Below are positions 46,779-56,479 of a DNA stretch of 64,000 nucleotides, piece after piece. Within the stretch, counting starts at the first letter, position 1, and each line of letters begins with the position of its first letter. Origin of the DNA: a bacterium (GTDB lineage: Bacteria; UBP15; UBA6099); the NCBI GenBank assembly GCA_035380865.1, contig DAOSYA010000001.1, positions 61,044 through 125,043 of the forward strand. Direction: 5' to 3'. The notes under the pieces were generated by a model. It saw only the letters and a program-made list of their open reading frames with translations, searched no databases and was not told where the DNA came from. Made by a program: the position numbers and the translations under genes.

Positions 46779-48065
46779 TCAGTCGTCGGAGTCGGGAACA
46801 TCGACGCGCTTGATCTGTGCGCCGAGTCCTGCGAGCTTGCTTTCAAAGTTTTCATAACCACGGTCTATATGGAAAATATCATAAACTTTCGTGTGATTGT
46901 CCGCCGCGATTCCCGAAAGGACAAGCGCGGCTCCGGCTCTCAGATCGGTTGATATCACTCTAGAACCGGACAGCTTGTTTGTGCCTACTATAATGCAGGT
47001 GTTGCCCTGCACGTTTATTTTCGCGCCCATTCTCGCGAGCTCGGCCACGTGCATGAAGCGGTTTTCCCACACAGTTTCCTTGATGATGCTGACGCCGTCC
47101 GCTGTTGTGAGCATGGCCATCATCTGCGGCTGCATATCCGTCGGGAAGCCCGGGTGGGGCAGAGTTGTTATATTTAAAGGAAGAATTTTCTTTTTTGCGG
47201 ACACCTTGATTGCGTTCCGGAATTCTTTGATGCTGATCCCGGCTTCTTCCAGCTTTACGATGACAGGCCGCAGATCTTTTATTTGAATATTCTCGACAGT
47301 GACGTTTCCTCTTGTAATAGCGGCGGCGAGCATGAACGTTCCGGCCTCTATCTGGTCCGGAATCATTGAATGGGTCGTGCCGTGAAGTTTGGAAACCCCG
47401 TTGATGGTTATAGTTTTTGTCCCCGCGCCCTGGATTCTCGCTCCTATGGATTTGAGGAACCATGCGAGATCCTGGATGTGAGGTTCTTCGGCTGCGTTTT
47501 CTATTATCGTGGTTCCCTCGGCAAGCACACCCGCCATCATCAGGTTCGAAGTTGCGCCGACCGATGGGAAATCGAGGTGAAGCCGAGCTCCTTCAAGCTT
47601 ATTGCAGGTTGCATCCATATAGCCGTGATCGTTCTTTATCGACACGCCCATTTTTTCAAAGCCGGCGAGATGGTAGTTGACGGGTCTCGAACCGATCGCG
47701 CAGCCGCCCGGCACCGCGGCTCTCGCCCTACCGAATCGGGCAAGCAGGGGGCCCATCACATAAATGGATGCCCGCATCCTGTTCATAACTTCGAACCGGG
47801 TTTCGAAATTGGATACGTCTCTCGAATTTATGACCATTGTTCCGTTTTCGTATGTTACCTTCGCGCCGAGTTCGTCCAGAACAACCATCATTGTCTGGAT
47901 ATCCCGCAGATTCGGAACATTATTGAGGACAACTTCATCAGGAGTCAGAAGCGAAGCGGCTATGATCGGCAGCGACGCATTTTTGCTGCCGCTGATTTTG
48001 ACCGAGCCTTTCAGCTTTGTGTCTCCGGTAATTTCGTAATAACTGTTGCCGTTTTTATTAGTCAT
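46779..48065 (-). CDS. murA: UDP-N-acetylglucosamine 1-carboxyvinyltransferase
   Basis: VKISGSKNASLPIIAASLL, PGGCAIGSRPV (active-site Cys) and PHPGFPTDMQ. Confidence 0.95.
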   Translation of the reverse strand: MTNKNGNSYYEITGDTKLKGSVKISGSKNASLPIIAASLLTPDEVVLNNVPNLRDIQTMMVVLDELGAKVTYENGTMVINSRDVSNFETRFEVMNRMRASIYVMGPLLARFGRARAAVPGGCAIGSRPVNYHLAGFEKMGVSIKNDHGYMDATCNKLEGARLHLDFPSVGATSNLMMAGVLAEGTTIIENAAEEPHIQDLAWFLKSIGARIQGAGTKTITINGVSKLHGTTHSMIPDQIEAGTFMLAAAITRGNVTVENIQIKDLRPVIVKLEEAGISIKEFRNAIKVSAKKKILPLNITTLPHPGFPTDMQPQMMAMLTTADGVSIIKETVWENRFMHVAELARMGAKINVQGNTCIIVGTNKLSGSRVISTDLRAGAALVLSGIAADNHTKVYDIFHIDRGYENFESKLAGLGAQIKRVDVPDSDD

Positions 48066-48176
48066 TCTCTAAATTTCTCGTGGTGAAAAGGCAAAACTCG
48101 CCAGTTCTGTGTCAGGGACAACCAATTTTATCAAAGCGTAATTGAAATTGCAACCGACAAACTTCTAAACGTTTTT

Positions 48177-49538
48177 TCACATACCTGCCAGCAGCCTTTC
48201 AAAATCTATATGAGGTATGTGGAATACCGCCGCGCCGTATGCCGTTGAATTAATCAGCCTCGTGTTTCCTTTGATTTCTTTTATATAAAATGATTCAAGG
48301 TCCCGCTTATAAAGATACAGAACATCGCTTGTTTTGACCGTATTGCCATATATGTCCTGAACTTCCCGCAGTTTTCCGAATCTGCCCGAATATCCCTGGG
48401 TGCGGCTTTCTGAAGCGTGTGTCTGTGTGTCTGTGAAGGCAAAGTCGGCGCCTATAAGAATAATCGGATCGGCGCCTGCCCTGAATGCAAAATCCACTGC
48501 GGGCATCAGCACTGTGCCGGAGAAGAAAAGCATTCCTTTATTGAAAGGGTCCTCTTCCGATCCAACTTTCGAGACTGCGGCATATCTGTTTTCCGGCTTG
48601 AATCTTTTTACCGAATCCGGGTTTGAAGTCTGGAAAAAAATCAGGCTTTCATCTTTTATATCAAGTTCCCGGAAAAGCAGGTCGGTTTTTTCCTGCGGGT
48701 CGCCCGTGATAACGAACGAGGGTCTGATTCCCGCTTTGTGGAAGGGAGCAAGCGCCGAGTCTACAGCGACTATCGCCGGGAGTCCGGGCTTTCTTTTCAT
48801 AATTTCAAGACTTGTGTCGAGCGACGGGCCGGCCGCTGCAACTATCATCGGCATGCTTTCATATTTCCCGAACAATTCGTTGACGCCCGGAGAACCCTCG
48901 AAGATTTCCCTGTTTCTGATACTGTTGTTTTCTCTCTGTTCCCTGAATACTTCTCTTTCATTCGATGATCCCCTGATGTATTCGAGCATGGCTCTCAACT
49001 CTTCGCTGTCATCCGGGAAGGCGTCCAGAGAGGGTTTGTGTATCAGCACGTCTATATCTTCTATTCGATTAATCGCCGGGAATCCCGAAATGAACTTGTT
49101 CAGCGATTCGTTTATCGAATCGTATGGGCCGGCAAATATGTGGAACCTGTTGTCGGCGAGCAATTGCGTCAGATCCCTGGAAGCCAGGGCAAGCTTGAAC
49201 ACATCCGCGTTCACTTCGACGGCGAACACTTTATTTATCTCCGGCCTCATCTCCAGCAGCGCTTCGATGTGGTATCCGAAGCCGAAGCCGAAGACCATCA
49301 CAATTCCGAGACTGCTTTTTAATTTCTGGGTTTCGGCCCATCTTTTCGCGTCGGTGACAGGATCGAATTTGCTGTGCAGGAAAATTTCCCTGTCACCGAG
49401 GTTCACAACCACGGAAGGGCAGTTATCAATTCTCGTGTCCACGGATTTTGCCCTGTCGAGAGGAATGTTCTCAGGGATAATAACAGGCTGAGGGCGTATT
49501 TTTAAAAGGTTTAGGTTCCGCGCAATAAATTGTTCCAT
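48177..49538 (-). CDS. DUF115 / motility-accessory-factor (Maf)-like putative glycosyltransferase
   Basis: The central IVAAAGPSLD...AIVAVDSALAPFHKAGIRPSFVITGDPQ matches the MptE/Maf (DUF115) core as I recall it. Confidence 0.65.
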   Translation of the reverse strand: MEQFIARNLNLLKIRPQPVIIPENIPLDRAKSVDTRIDNCPSVVVNLGDREIFLHSKFDPVTDAKRWAETQKLKSSLGIVMVFGFGFGYHIEALLEMRPEINKVFAVEVNADVFKLALASRDLTQLLADNRFHIFAGPYDSINESLNKFISGFPAINRIEDIDVLIHKPSLDAFPDDSEELRAMLEYIRGSSNEREVFREQRENNSIRNREIFEGSPGVNELFGKYESMPMIVAAAGPSLDTSLEIMKRKPGLPAIVAVDSALAPFHKAGIRPSFVITGDPQEKTDLLFRELDIKDESLIFFQTSNPDSVKRFKPENRYAAVSKVGSEEDPFNKGMLFFSGTVLMPAVDFAFRAGADPIILIGADFAFTDTQTHASESRTQGYSGRFGKLREVQDIYGNTVKTSDVLYLYKRDLESFYIKEIKGNTRLINSTAYGAAVFHIPHIDFERLLAGM

Positions 49539-49598
49539 TGTTAATTTATTATATCAGGAAATCCATCGTCGGCAATGTCGCGGCAGGCCGGGAGGAGA

Positions 49599-50333
49599 TT
49601 ATTTGTCTTCAGTGTTTTCTTCTTTCATTCTTCTCTTTATGTGATAAATATCTCTTATTATCTGTTGTGCAACCGGTGTGTCATAGGGAATAAGATCGTA
49701 GAGTTTTTTAAGTACCGTGTGTTGTTTCTCCGGTTCCAGGTGTTCCCGGATAATATCTCTGAACCACTCGTAAACCAGTGGCTGCCCGGGATCCATCGAG
49801 AGCGATTTAAAGATGAGATCGATTGCTTCGGTGTGTTCCCCCATCTCATTTTTCGCAAGCCCCTTGTGCAGCCATCCACCGGGGTTAAGCTCATCTATTT
49901 CTATCGCTTCTTCACTTAGTTCAATGACTTTCTCAAAATCTTCCAGTCTGAGATAAATGGTGGCTTCCGCAATTACCTTTTCATCCTGCAACGATTTCTC
50001 TGTCATATTCTGCAGAGGCTCAAGCGCTTTTTTATAGTCCTTTTCCCTGTAATAAATCTCGGAGAGCTTGTACCAGGCCATGTCGTAATGCTCGTCTTTG
50101 TCCAGCACGTACATGAATTTCTCTTCCGCTTCTTCCAGTTCGTTTGCCATAATCAGCATATCGCCGAGAAGATAGTAGAGTTCGAGATCATCGGGGTAAT
50201 CCTTAATCAACGCCCTGTATGTGTCCAGCGCTTCCACGGCTGAATCATAGGTCTGGTCGAAAGGATGTGCCGACGCAACGGCGCTGATAATTAACAACGA
50301 CAATACTGCTATTGTGAAATTTCTAAATTTCAT
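49599..50333 (-). CDS. secreted TPR-repeat protein
   Basis: Signal peptide MKFRNFTIAVLSLLIISAVASA, then several 34-aa TPR-like units (for example AWYKLSEIYYREKDYKKALEPLQ). Confidence 0.7.
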   Translation of the reverse strand: MKFRNFTIAVLSLLIISAVASAHPFDQTYDSAVEALDTYRALIKDYPDDLELYYLLGDMLIMANELEEAEEKFMYVLDKDEHYDMAWYKLSEIYYREKDYKKALEPLQNMTEKSLQDEKVIAEATIYLRLEDFEKVIELSEEAIEIDELNPGGWLHKGLAKNEMGEHTEAIDLIFKSLSMDPGQPLVYEWFRDIIREHLEPEKQHTVLKKLYDLIPYDTPVAQQIIRDIYHIKRRMKEENTEDK

Positions 50334-50394
50334 AAATCATCCCTCAAGGGAATTGTTAATCAATTAAACGGAAGAGTAAACACTTTCACTAATA

Positions 50395-53300
50395 TCACAA
50401 AGAAACCTTCAGAGTTTTTATCTCGAAATGTTTAACATCAACAATAATCCTGTTGCCTTCGATTTTTACATCGCTTCCGTTTTCAATATCGTCCTCTATG
50501 AGATTGATCTCGTGAACGCTCTTCGGTGTAACCGGAAGTGTGATTTCAGCCGTTGCGTCTTTTCCTTCGAGTTCCACGACTCTGATTACGAGGTCTTCCG
50601 ATTTCTCCGCTTTTTTCACAACGCTGAGAATTACATTGGAAGGCTCGCATGAATAAAAGCTCTTGCTTGTCGGAAGCTCTCCCCCATGGTTTTCAGTAAG
50701 TATCGAGAAAAGCGGGTAATTGAATTCATATCCTTTCCTCGGTGTATCCGCATCGCGCCAGTCGCCGCTGTGCGGATAGAGAGCGTAAGGAATGTAGTGT
50801 TTGCCCCTGTCTGCGAGAGGATCCGGCGCTGTCGGAGACCTGAGCAGCGTCATCCTCAAAACATTGTTTTTAACATCGTATCCATATTTGCTGCTGTTCA
50901 GCAGGCTGACTCCGAATTTCCCCGACCTGTCTGTGTAGTCCACCCATTTCTGTGCCGAAACTTCCCATTTTGCCTGCTCTGCCGGAGTCTTCTGAATGGC
51001 GGGTCTCTCTATTGCGGCATAAGGTATTTCGAACCAGGCTGTCTCGTTCATCATATTCAGGTTGAACGCTAGCTTTGCAATAACATTTCTTTCTTGCCAG
51101 TTTACCCTTATTGATCCATCAACCATCGGCCAGTCATTGTAGAGTGTTATATATCGATCGAAAGTGGAAACCCCGTCGCCGACGCGCTTTTCAGATTTGA
51201 GAGTGTATCTTACCGGTCCCGCCTCGACAAGTTCAACATCTCCGAGTCGGTCAAGGTATTTTTCAGCGCCGATGCCGATGTTCCAGGCGTCATAATTTTT
51301 CGGTTTGTCCTCGTAAAGCTGAAGAATGTTTCCGCCCTGTTGCGACTTGATAATTTCGTTGTTGTTCACTTTGTCGAAAATACTTTTTATATCACCGCTT
51401 TTCGGGTCCAGCTCAACTTTCAGAAAACTGTTTTCGAGAGTTGTTCCGTTGCATGAAAGGTTTGTTTGCGGCGCAGCCGCACCGGGCTTTGATACAACCC
51501 TGTACGTGGCATATCCAAGTGAAGGAATGTCACGCGCGATAAAAATAAGCTGTTGTTTATCATTTGAAAGCTCAATAATCTGCGATGGGATGATTTTCCC
51601 CGAAGGATTGATCACGGCTGGATTCTCAGGCAGTTTTTCAAGGCTGATTTTCACTATTCCATCTCTTGACCATGCCAGTGTGTTGTAAATCACCACGGCC
51701 TGTCCGTCGCCGGAAGTATTTATCCTTGAACCTATGGTATCGAACGATTCGGAAATGATTTCCTTTGCTAATCTCTGTTGCTTGGCATAATCCCGGTCCG
51801 TGTCTTTGTAGACGGAATTGATCCCGGAACCCGGGAGTATGTCGTGCATGTGGTTAAGCAGAATCCAGTACCAGCCGTCGAAAAGTTTCTGCTGCGGGTA
51901 TACCATCCCCATAGAATTCGCTATTGTTGCGAATTGTTCCGCGATCAGCATCTGGATCTGGCCCCAGCGGTTGTTTCTTTTTGTCTTTGCCTGCGTTGTA
52001 TATGTGCCCCTGTGGTATTCGAGATAAAGCTCATCGTTCCATGTCGGGAATTCATGCTTTTTCGAAAGGTCCAGAAGGTGGTTGAAATAATTTTCCGCCG
52101 ATGTGAATTTAATCTCGGGATATATATCGTTGTCTTTCAGCGCAAATGCGCGGTCGAGATGCTGTCTTGTTACGCCGCCACCGTGATCCCCGACGCCGAA
52201 TATCACGAAGTTCTCGTTAATCCCGTGGGTTTTTTTAACTTTCTTGAGCTGGTCGATCATTCTTTTTGCTTCTACCGATTCACCGTATCCGCCAACGGGA
52301 AAATATGTCAGCAGACGTGTGCCGTCGGGGCCTTCCCACCAGAAAATGTGGTACGGGAACCGGGTTGTATCGTTCCAGTTGATTTTCTGGGTCAGGAATC
52401 CGATCATGCCGGATTTTTTTATAATCTGAGGAAGGTTCCAGTTGTATCCGAAGCTGTCCGGGGTCCATGCCACGATCACGTCTTTGTTGAATTTATCGCG
52501 AAAGTAAAGTTTGCCGTAAAGGAATTGTCGTACAAAACCTTCGCCGCTCGGAAGGTTCGAATCGTGCTCACTCCACGTTCCGCCTGTTATTTCCCATCTG
52601 CCCTGATCGTAATATTTATGAAGATCTTTGTAGATTTCGGGATAATCGTCTTCCATCCATTTGTAACCATGCGATTGCGTCTCGGTGAATATGAAATCAG
52701 GATATTCTTCATAGAGCGAAAAAACAGTCCGCGCGGTGTCGCGCCATACGTTTTCTCCTTCCCGGTAATCCCAGAGCCACGCTAGATCTATGTGTGAATA
52801 TCCCAGCAGGTACATTGTGTACTGCTTCGCGATGCTTTTGAAATCATTGAGCTTCAGTGAGGCTTTTTCCAGGGATTCAAAAAGTTTTTTGTCGTTCCGT
52901 GGTTCGAGCGCGCCAAGATCGACGAGTGACGCGGCTTCTTCCATAACGCTTTCCCACCGTGCTTTCTCGTCATCTTTCATGTATTCATAGAAAAGTTTTA
53001 CAGTATCGATTTTATTCAGAAAATCATTTATTCTCTTTGTTCGCTCATCGAGCGCCGAGAACGACAGGAAGCTGTTTGTAAATATCCCGGCGGACGAAGT
53101 GCTTTCTCCGCTCATGACGATTGTGAATTTCTCTCCGGGTTTTGCGTTTTTCGTAAGAAGGGCCTCGCCCTGGTCTCGCCTGAACGCATTTTTGTTTACC
53201 CCGTCAACCCAGATTATACCGTTGCCCTCCATGTGGGCGTGGAACACCACTTTCGATCCGGCTATGTCGATCCCGGCGACTTTTTCCGGGATTTCAATTA

Positions 53301-53571
53301 TTGTCTTGAGCCATATTTTGTTACCTTCTCCTACCCATGTCTGTCCGATCCCGGCGTTTTTCCACTTGATTTTCTGCATGTCCGGGTTTGCGCAACGCTC
53401 GTCGCATTTATTCCTGGATTTCCAGTTCTTCACTGTGTATTCGTAATTATCTTTCTGTGCGCTGAGGGTTTGAACAACGGTGTCCAGTTTTTCGCCTGCA
53501 AGTGCCTCCGGAGCCGCTGTAAAAGTGCTGATGAGCAGTGCAGAGATAACAATAAATAGAGTGTTTTTCAT
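50395..53571 (-). CDS. secreted GH38 alpha-mannosidase
   Basis: Signal peptide, the GH38 catalytic-site opening LLGYSHIDLAWLW, FGVGDHGGG and about 1050 aa. Confidence 0.85.
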   Translation of the reverse strand: MKNTLFIVISALLISTFTAAPEALAGEKLDTVVQTLSAQKDNYEYTVKNWKSRNKCDERCANPDMQKIKWKNAGIGQTWVGEGNKIWLKTIIEIPEKVAGIDIAGSKVVFHAHMEGNGIIWVDGVNKNAFRRDQGEALLTKNAKPGEKFTIVMSGESTSSAGIFTNSFLSFSALDERTKRINDFLNKIDTVKLFYEYMKDDEKARWESVMEEAASLVDLGALEPRNDKKLFESLEKASLKLNDFKSIAKQYTMYLLGYSHIDLAWLWDYREGENVWRDTARTVFSLYEEYPDFIFTETQSHGYKWMEDDYPEIYKDLHKYYDQGRWEITGGTWSEHDSNLPSGEGFVRQFLYGKLYFRDKFNKDVIVAWTPDSFGYNWNLPQIIKKSGMIGFLTQKINWNDTTRFPYHIFWWEGPDGTRLLTYFPVGGYGESVEAKRMIDQLKKVKKTHGINENFVIFGVGDHGGGVTRQHLDRAFALKDNDIYPEIKFTSAENYFNHLLDLSKKHEFPTWNDELYLEYHRGTYTTQAKTKRNNRWGQIQMLIAEQFATIANSMGMVYPQQKLFDGWYWILLNHMHDILPGSGINSVYKDTDRDYAKQQRLAKEIISESFDTIGSRINTSGDGQAVVIYNTLAWSRDGIVKISLEKLPENPAVINPSGKIIPSQIIELSNDKQQLIFIARDIPSLGYATYRVVSKPGAAAPQTNLSCNGTTLENSFLKVELDPKSGDIKSIFDKVNNNEIIKSQQGGNILQLYEDKPKNYDAWNIGIGAEKYLDRLGDVELVEAGPVRYTLKSEKRVGDGVSTFDRYITLYNDWPMVDGSIRVNWQERNVIAKLAFNLNMMNETAWFEIPYAAIERPAIQKTPAEQAKWEVSAQKWVDYTDRSGKFGVSLLNSSKYGYDVKNNVLRMTLLRSPTAPDPLADRGKHYIPYALYPHSGDWRDADTPRKGYEFNYPLFSILTENHGGELPTSKSFYSCEPSNVILSVVKKAEKSEDLVIRVVELEGKDATAEITLPVTPKSVHEINLIEDDIENGSDVKIEGNRIIVDVKHFEIKTLKVSL

Positions 53572-53617
53572 GATTGTCTCCCTTTTCTATTGTATCATGA
53601 TGTCATATTTTACGAAT

Positions 53618-55300
53618 TCAGAAAAGACCTGCATCCTGAAAGCCTTTTATGCAGATACTCAATCCTATCAGAGAAACTAACGCGCCGCTGAAATATGGAA
53701 GTATTCGGATCGCTTTTGACGTTGAAATTTTCTCATCGGCGAAGGACTTTGCTTTGACGACCATCAGGCCTATTATGATCAGTACCGCCGCCATGCCGAG
53801 GCTGAAAGAAATAGTACATAGCAGGCCGAGCGGCATTCTGTTCAGCCCGATAGAGGCGAAAAGTATCATTATCGCTGTGGGACACGGCACAATTCCGCCG
53901 GTTATCCCCAGTGTCAGGAGATCGACGAACCTTACTCCGTCCTGATTTGTATTCTGTTTATGGTCATGATCATGAGAATGATCATGGATTTCGTGTGTGT
54001 GATCATGGTCATGCTCGTGATGCTCATGCGTGTGAGGATGGGGGTGCTCGTGATGCTCATGCGATTCATCATGATCATGAGAATGTTCCATGTGCTCGTG
54101 ATGATGATGTATGTGCGGGTGATCATGATCGTGTGAATGGTGATCGTGGTCATGAGCGGGATTTATATGACGACCGAACTCGTCATGCTCGTGAGGTATG
54201 TAACCTCCAAGTTTGTTCCTGATAATTATCCATGCTCCCATTCCCAGAATTATCAGCCCTGATCCCACTCCAAGCCAGGGATATACTTTTTCAGGAGAGA
54301 GTTTGTTCCAGAAAGTCAGCAATACAAGGAATAACACAATAACGGCAGCTACATGAGTAACCGTTACAATCAGGCCCAGCTTTAAAGCGTCTGAAGCTTT
54401 TCCTTTTGTTCCAACGAGGTAGGCGGCTACAAGTGTTTTTCCGTGCCCGGGCTGCAGCGCGTGGCCTCCGCCGACAATAAACGCGAACACAAGGGCAATG
54501 ATTACAACGTTTGTAGTAAGATTCTTTTGTTCAATGAAACGCAGGAAATCGAATGCGGCGAGAGTTCGCATAAGCCAGTCGTTGAAAGTTTGCCTCAGCC
54601 CGGCAAGCCCGGTGAGTTTTTCTTTTTTCGTTTCTTTTTGCCCGAACATAACATCCGCGCGGCCCGGCCCGAATGAAAATGTCACCGAAAGGTCAAGCGG
54701 CGGGTCGGACACAAGACTATCGGGGTATTCTGTAAGCATGTAACTTGTTTTTGGGGAGAGCTTTGAAGAGTTTGCTATTTTTGTGTTTTCTGTTCCGAAT
54801 ATCCTTATTTCTTTCCAGCCGCCTACGTCCGGATAGTTACCGTCCTTGAAATAAACTTCTCTCACGCCCCATGCCCTGTATTCGATTTTTCCTGTCAGGT
54901 TAATTTCAATCCAGATCGTTTTTAAACCGGGCAGCCCATCTCTGAGTTCAATTGAACTGTTTTCTATTTCAAGTTTTACGGGGTTTCCTTCGACTTGGAG
55001 CTCAAGCCCTTCAAGAAGCTCGTCTTTCATGTATTCACCGAGAATATCCAGTTCGTTTTGAGGGTATTCTCTGTCCGGACCCGCCGTTATACCATTCTCT
55101 TTCAGTATGTGATAGGTCCTGTATTCAGCAATATCTATCAGGTAATGAATCTTTATTTCATCGCGATGTGCTCTTATTGCCGAAAAATGGCATATCGCGA
55201 AATTTCCCATCGGGTGTGCGTCAGCGGTTCCCGGAGCCAGCAAAAACAGCATCAGGGCTGAAAGAAAAAAGACGTTTTTAAAATAGTTGTATCGACTCAT
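53618..55300 (-). CDS. NicO/RcnA-family nickel/cobalt transporter fused to an N-terminal periplasmic domain, with a long His-rich loop
   Basis: Signal peptide, then AHPMGNF. NicO signature GGGHALQPGHGKTLVAAYLVG. A roughly 80-aa H/D/E loop (HDHDHHSHDHDHPHIHHHHEHMEHSHDHDESHEHHEHPHPHTHEHHEHDHDHTHEIHDHSHDHDH) precedes the second half-domain GITGGIVPCPTAI. Confidence 0.75.
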   Translation of the reverse strand: MSRYNYFKNVFFLSALMLFLLAPGTADAHPMGNFAICHFSAIRAHRDEIKIHYLIDIAEYRTYHILKENGITAGPDREYPQNELDILGEYMKDELLEGLELQVEGNPVKLEIENSSIELRDGLPGLKTIWIEINLTGKIEYRAWGVREVYFKDGNYPDVGGWKEIRIFGTENTKIANSSKLSPKTSYMLTEYPDSLVSDPPLDLSVTFSFGPGRADVMFGQKETKKEKLTGLAGLRQTFNDWLMRTLAAFDFLRFIEQKNLTTNVVIIALVFAFIVGGGHALQPGHGKTLVAAYLVGTKGKASDALKLGLIVTVTHVAAVIVLFLVLLTFWNKLSPEKVYPWLGVGSGLIILGMGAWIIIRNKLGGYIPHEHDEFGRHINPAHDHDHHSHDHDHPHIHHHHEHMEHSHDHDESHEHHEHPHPHTHEHHEHDHDHTHEIHDHSHDHDHKQNTNQDGVRFVDLLTLGITGGIVPCPTAIMILFASIGLNRMPLGLLCTISFSLGMAAVLIIIGLMVVKAKSFADEKISTSKAIRILPYFSGALVSLIGLSICIKGFQDAGLF

Positions 55301-55392
55301 AAACAGATATTAATTGATTTGCAAGGAATCGTCATCTTTATATTAAGTATTAATGATAATCCGGTTTCGATCGTATCGATGTTATGGCGGTT

Positions 55393-56343
55393 CTAAAATT
55401 GAAGATTCGGGAAATAAAATACCTTTTCGCCTAAAACTATTGAGTTTTCAACATCTTTGAATCCTGTAAGGCTGCTGCCTTCCCACAATAATGAATTTTG
55501 AATTTTAACAGCGTTTTTGATTTTTACCTTTGACCCGATCACGCTTCTGATAATTTCCGTATCCGGGTGAATATCCGAATCGCTCGATATAATGCTTTTA
55601 CCGGTAGTATTTATCTGGTGAAGATTGCTCAGCAGCAGATCCTGTGGACTGTTTATGTTTATATCCAGATCACCGGTGACTGCGACGGCGACTTTTCCGC
55701 CCTTGTTGATAAGCATTTGTATTGAATCTGTCAGCTCATGTTCTCCCCTGGTATCAGAGAGAGGAGTTTCTTCAATAATATTGAATATTGATTCTTTAAA
55801 AATGTATAAGCCGCAGCCTCTTGTCGAATTTTTTGGTGTTCCTGGTTTTTCGCGAACTTTTTTTACCGTTCCGTCTTTATTGAGGCTGACTTCAAAACTT
55901 TTTTTGACAGACTCGGGAGGCTCGTTTTCTCGTATAAAAATGAGAGCATCATTGTCGGAGTTTTCAAATACCGAGATTTGTTTCCCGATGTTGCGGGGGG
56001 TAAGATAAATATCGCCGAGAATGACAAGAAATGGACTATCCAGGGCATTTTTTGCTTTTCCAAGCGAATCGGCTATGCCTCGGGGTTGCTTTTGAATAAT
56101 AAATTCGCAATTAAAGGTATCTCCTGTTGCTTTTTTGATATCTGATATGTAATCGGAAGAACTTAAAATGAATACAACTTCCTTGATACCGGCGGATTGA
56201 ATTATCTCCAGATGGTATTCGACAAGGGGCCGGTTCGCGACAGGTAGAAGCAGCTTGGGTGTGTTTATTCCCAGTTCGGAAATCCTGTCTCCCCGCCCTG
56301 CGGCTGGAATCACGCACTTTTTAACTTTTCCATTACCGCTCAT
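55393..56343 (-). CDS. sugar-1-phosphate nucleotidylyltransferase with C-terminal left-handed beta-helix
   Basis: KCVIPAAGRGDRISELGINTPKLLLPV (GxGxR loop), ILGDIY, and a C-terminal hexapeptide-like region. Confidence 0.8.
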   Translation of the reverse strand: MSGNGKVKKCVIPAAGRGDRISELGINTPKLLLPVANRPLVEYHLEIIQSAGIKEVVFILSSSDYISDIKKATGDTFNCEFIIQKQPRGIADSLGKAKNALDSPFLVILGDIYLTPRNIGKQISVFENSDNDALIFIRENEPPESVKKSFEVSLNKDGTVKKVREKPGTPKNSTRGCGLYIFKESIFNIIEETPLSDTRGEHELTDSIQMLINKGGKVAVAVTGDLDININSPQDLLLSNLHQINTTGKSIISSDSDIHPDTEIIRSVIGSKVKIKNAVKIQNSLLWEGSSLTGFKDVENSIVLGEKVFYFPNLQF

Positions 56344-56479
56344 TTTGTCTTGCTCCTGAAACCATGAAAAAATGTTTTATAATTTTAAACATAATCAAGC
56401 CGGAAATAATTGGCATGTTAAAATTATACGGGTATTATACCATTGCATAGATTCAAATTTAAGATAAGAAAATATCGGG

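Noticed and set aside
48400-49491. 363-aa plus-strand ORF
   Set aside because: It is antisense to the DUF115/Maf-like gene. It is Ser/Leu-rich low complexity with no motifs.
51778-52785. 335-aa plus-strand ORF
   Set aside because: It is antisense to the GH38 mannosidase, which has clear catalytic motifs. It is a shadow frame.
53940-54180. Repetitive DNA as a possible CRISPR or tandem-repeat locus
   Set aside because: It is the coding sequence of the His/Asp-rich loop of the NicO transporter (CAT/CAC/GAT codon repetition). There is no repeat-spacer periodicity.
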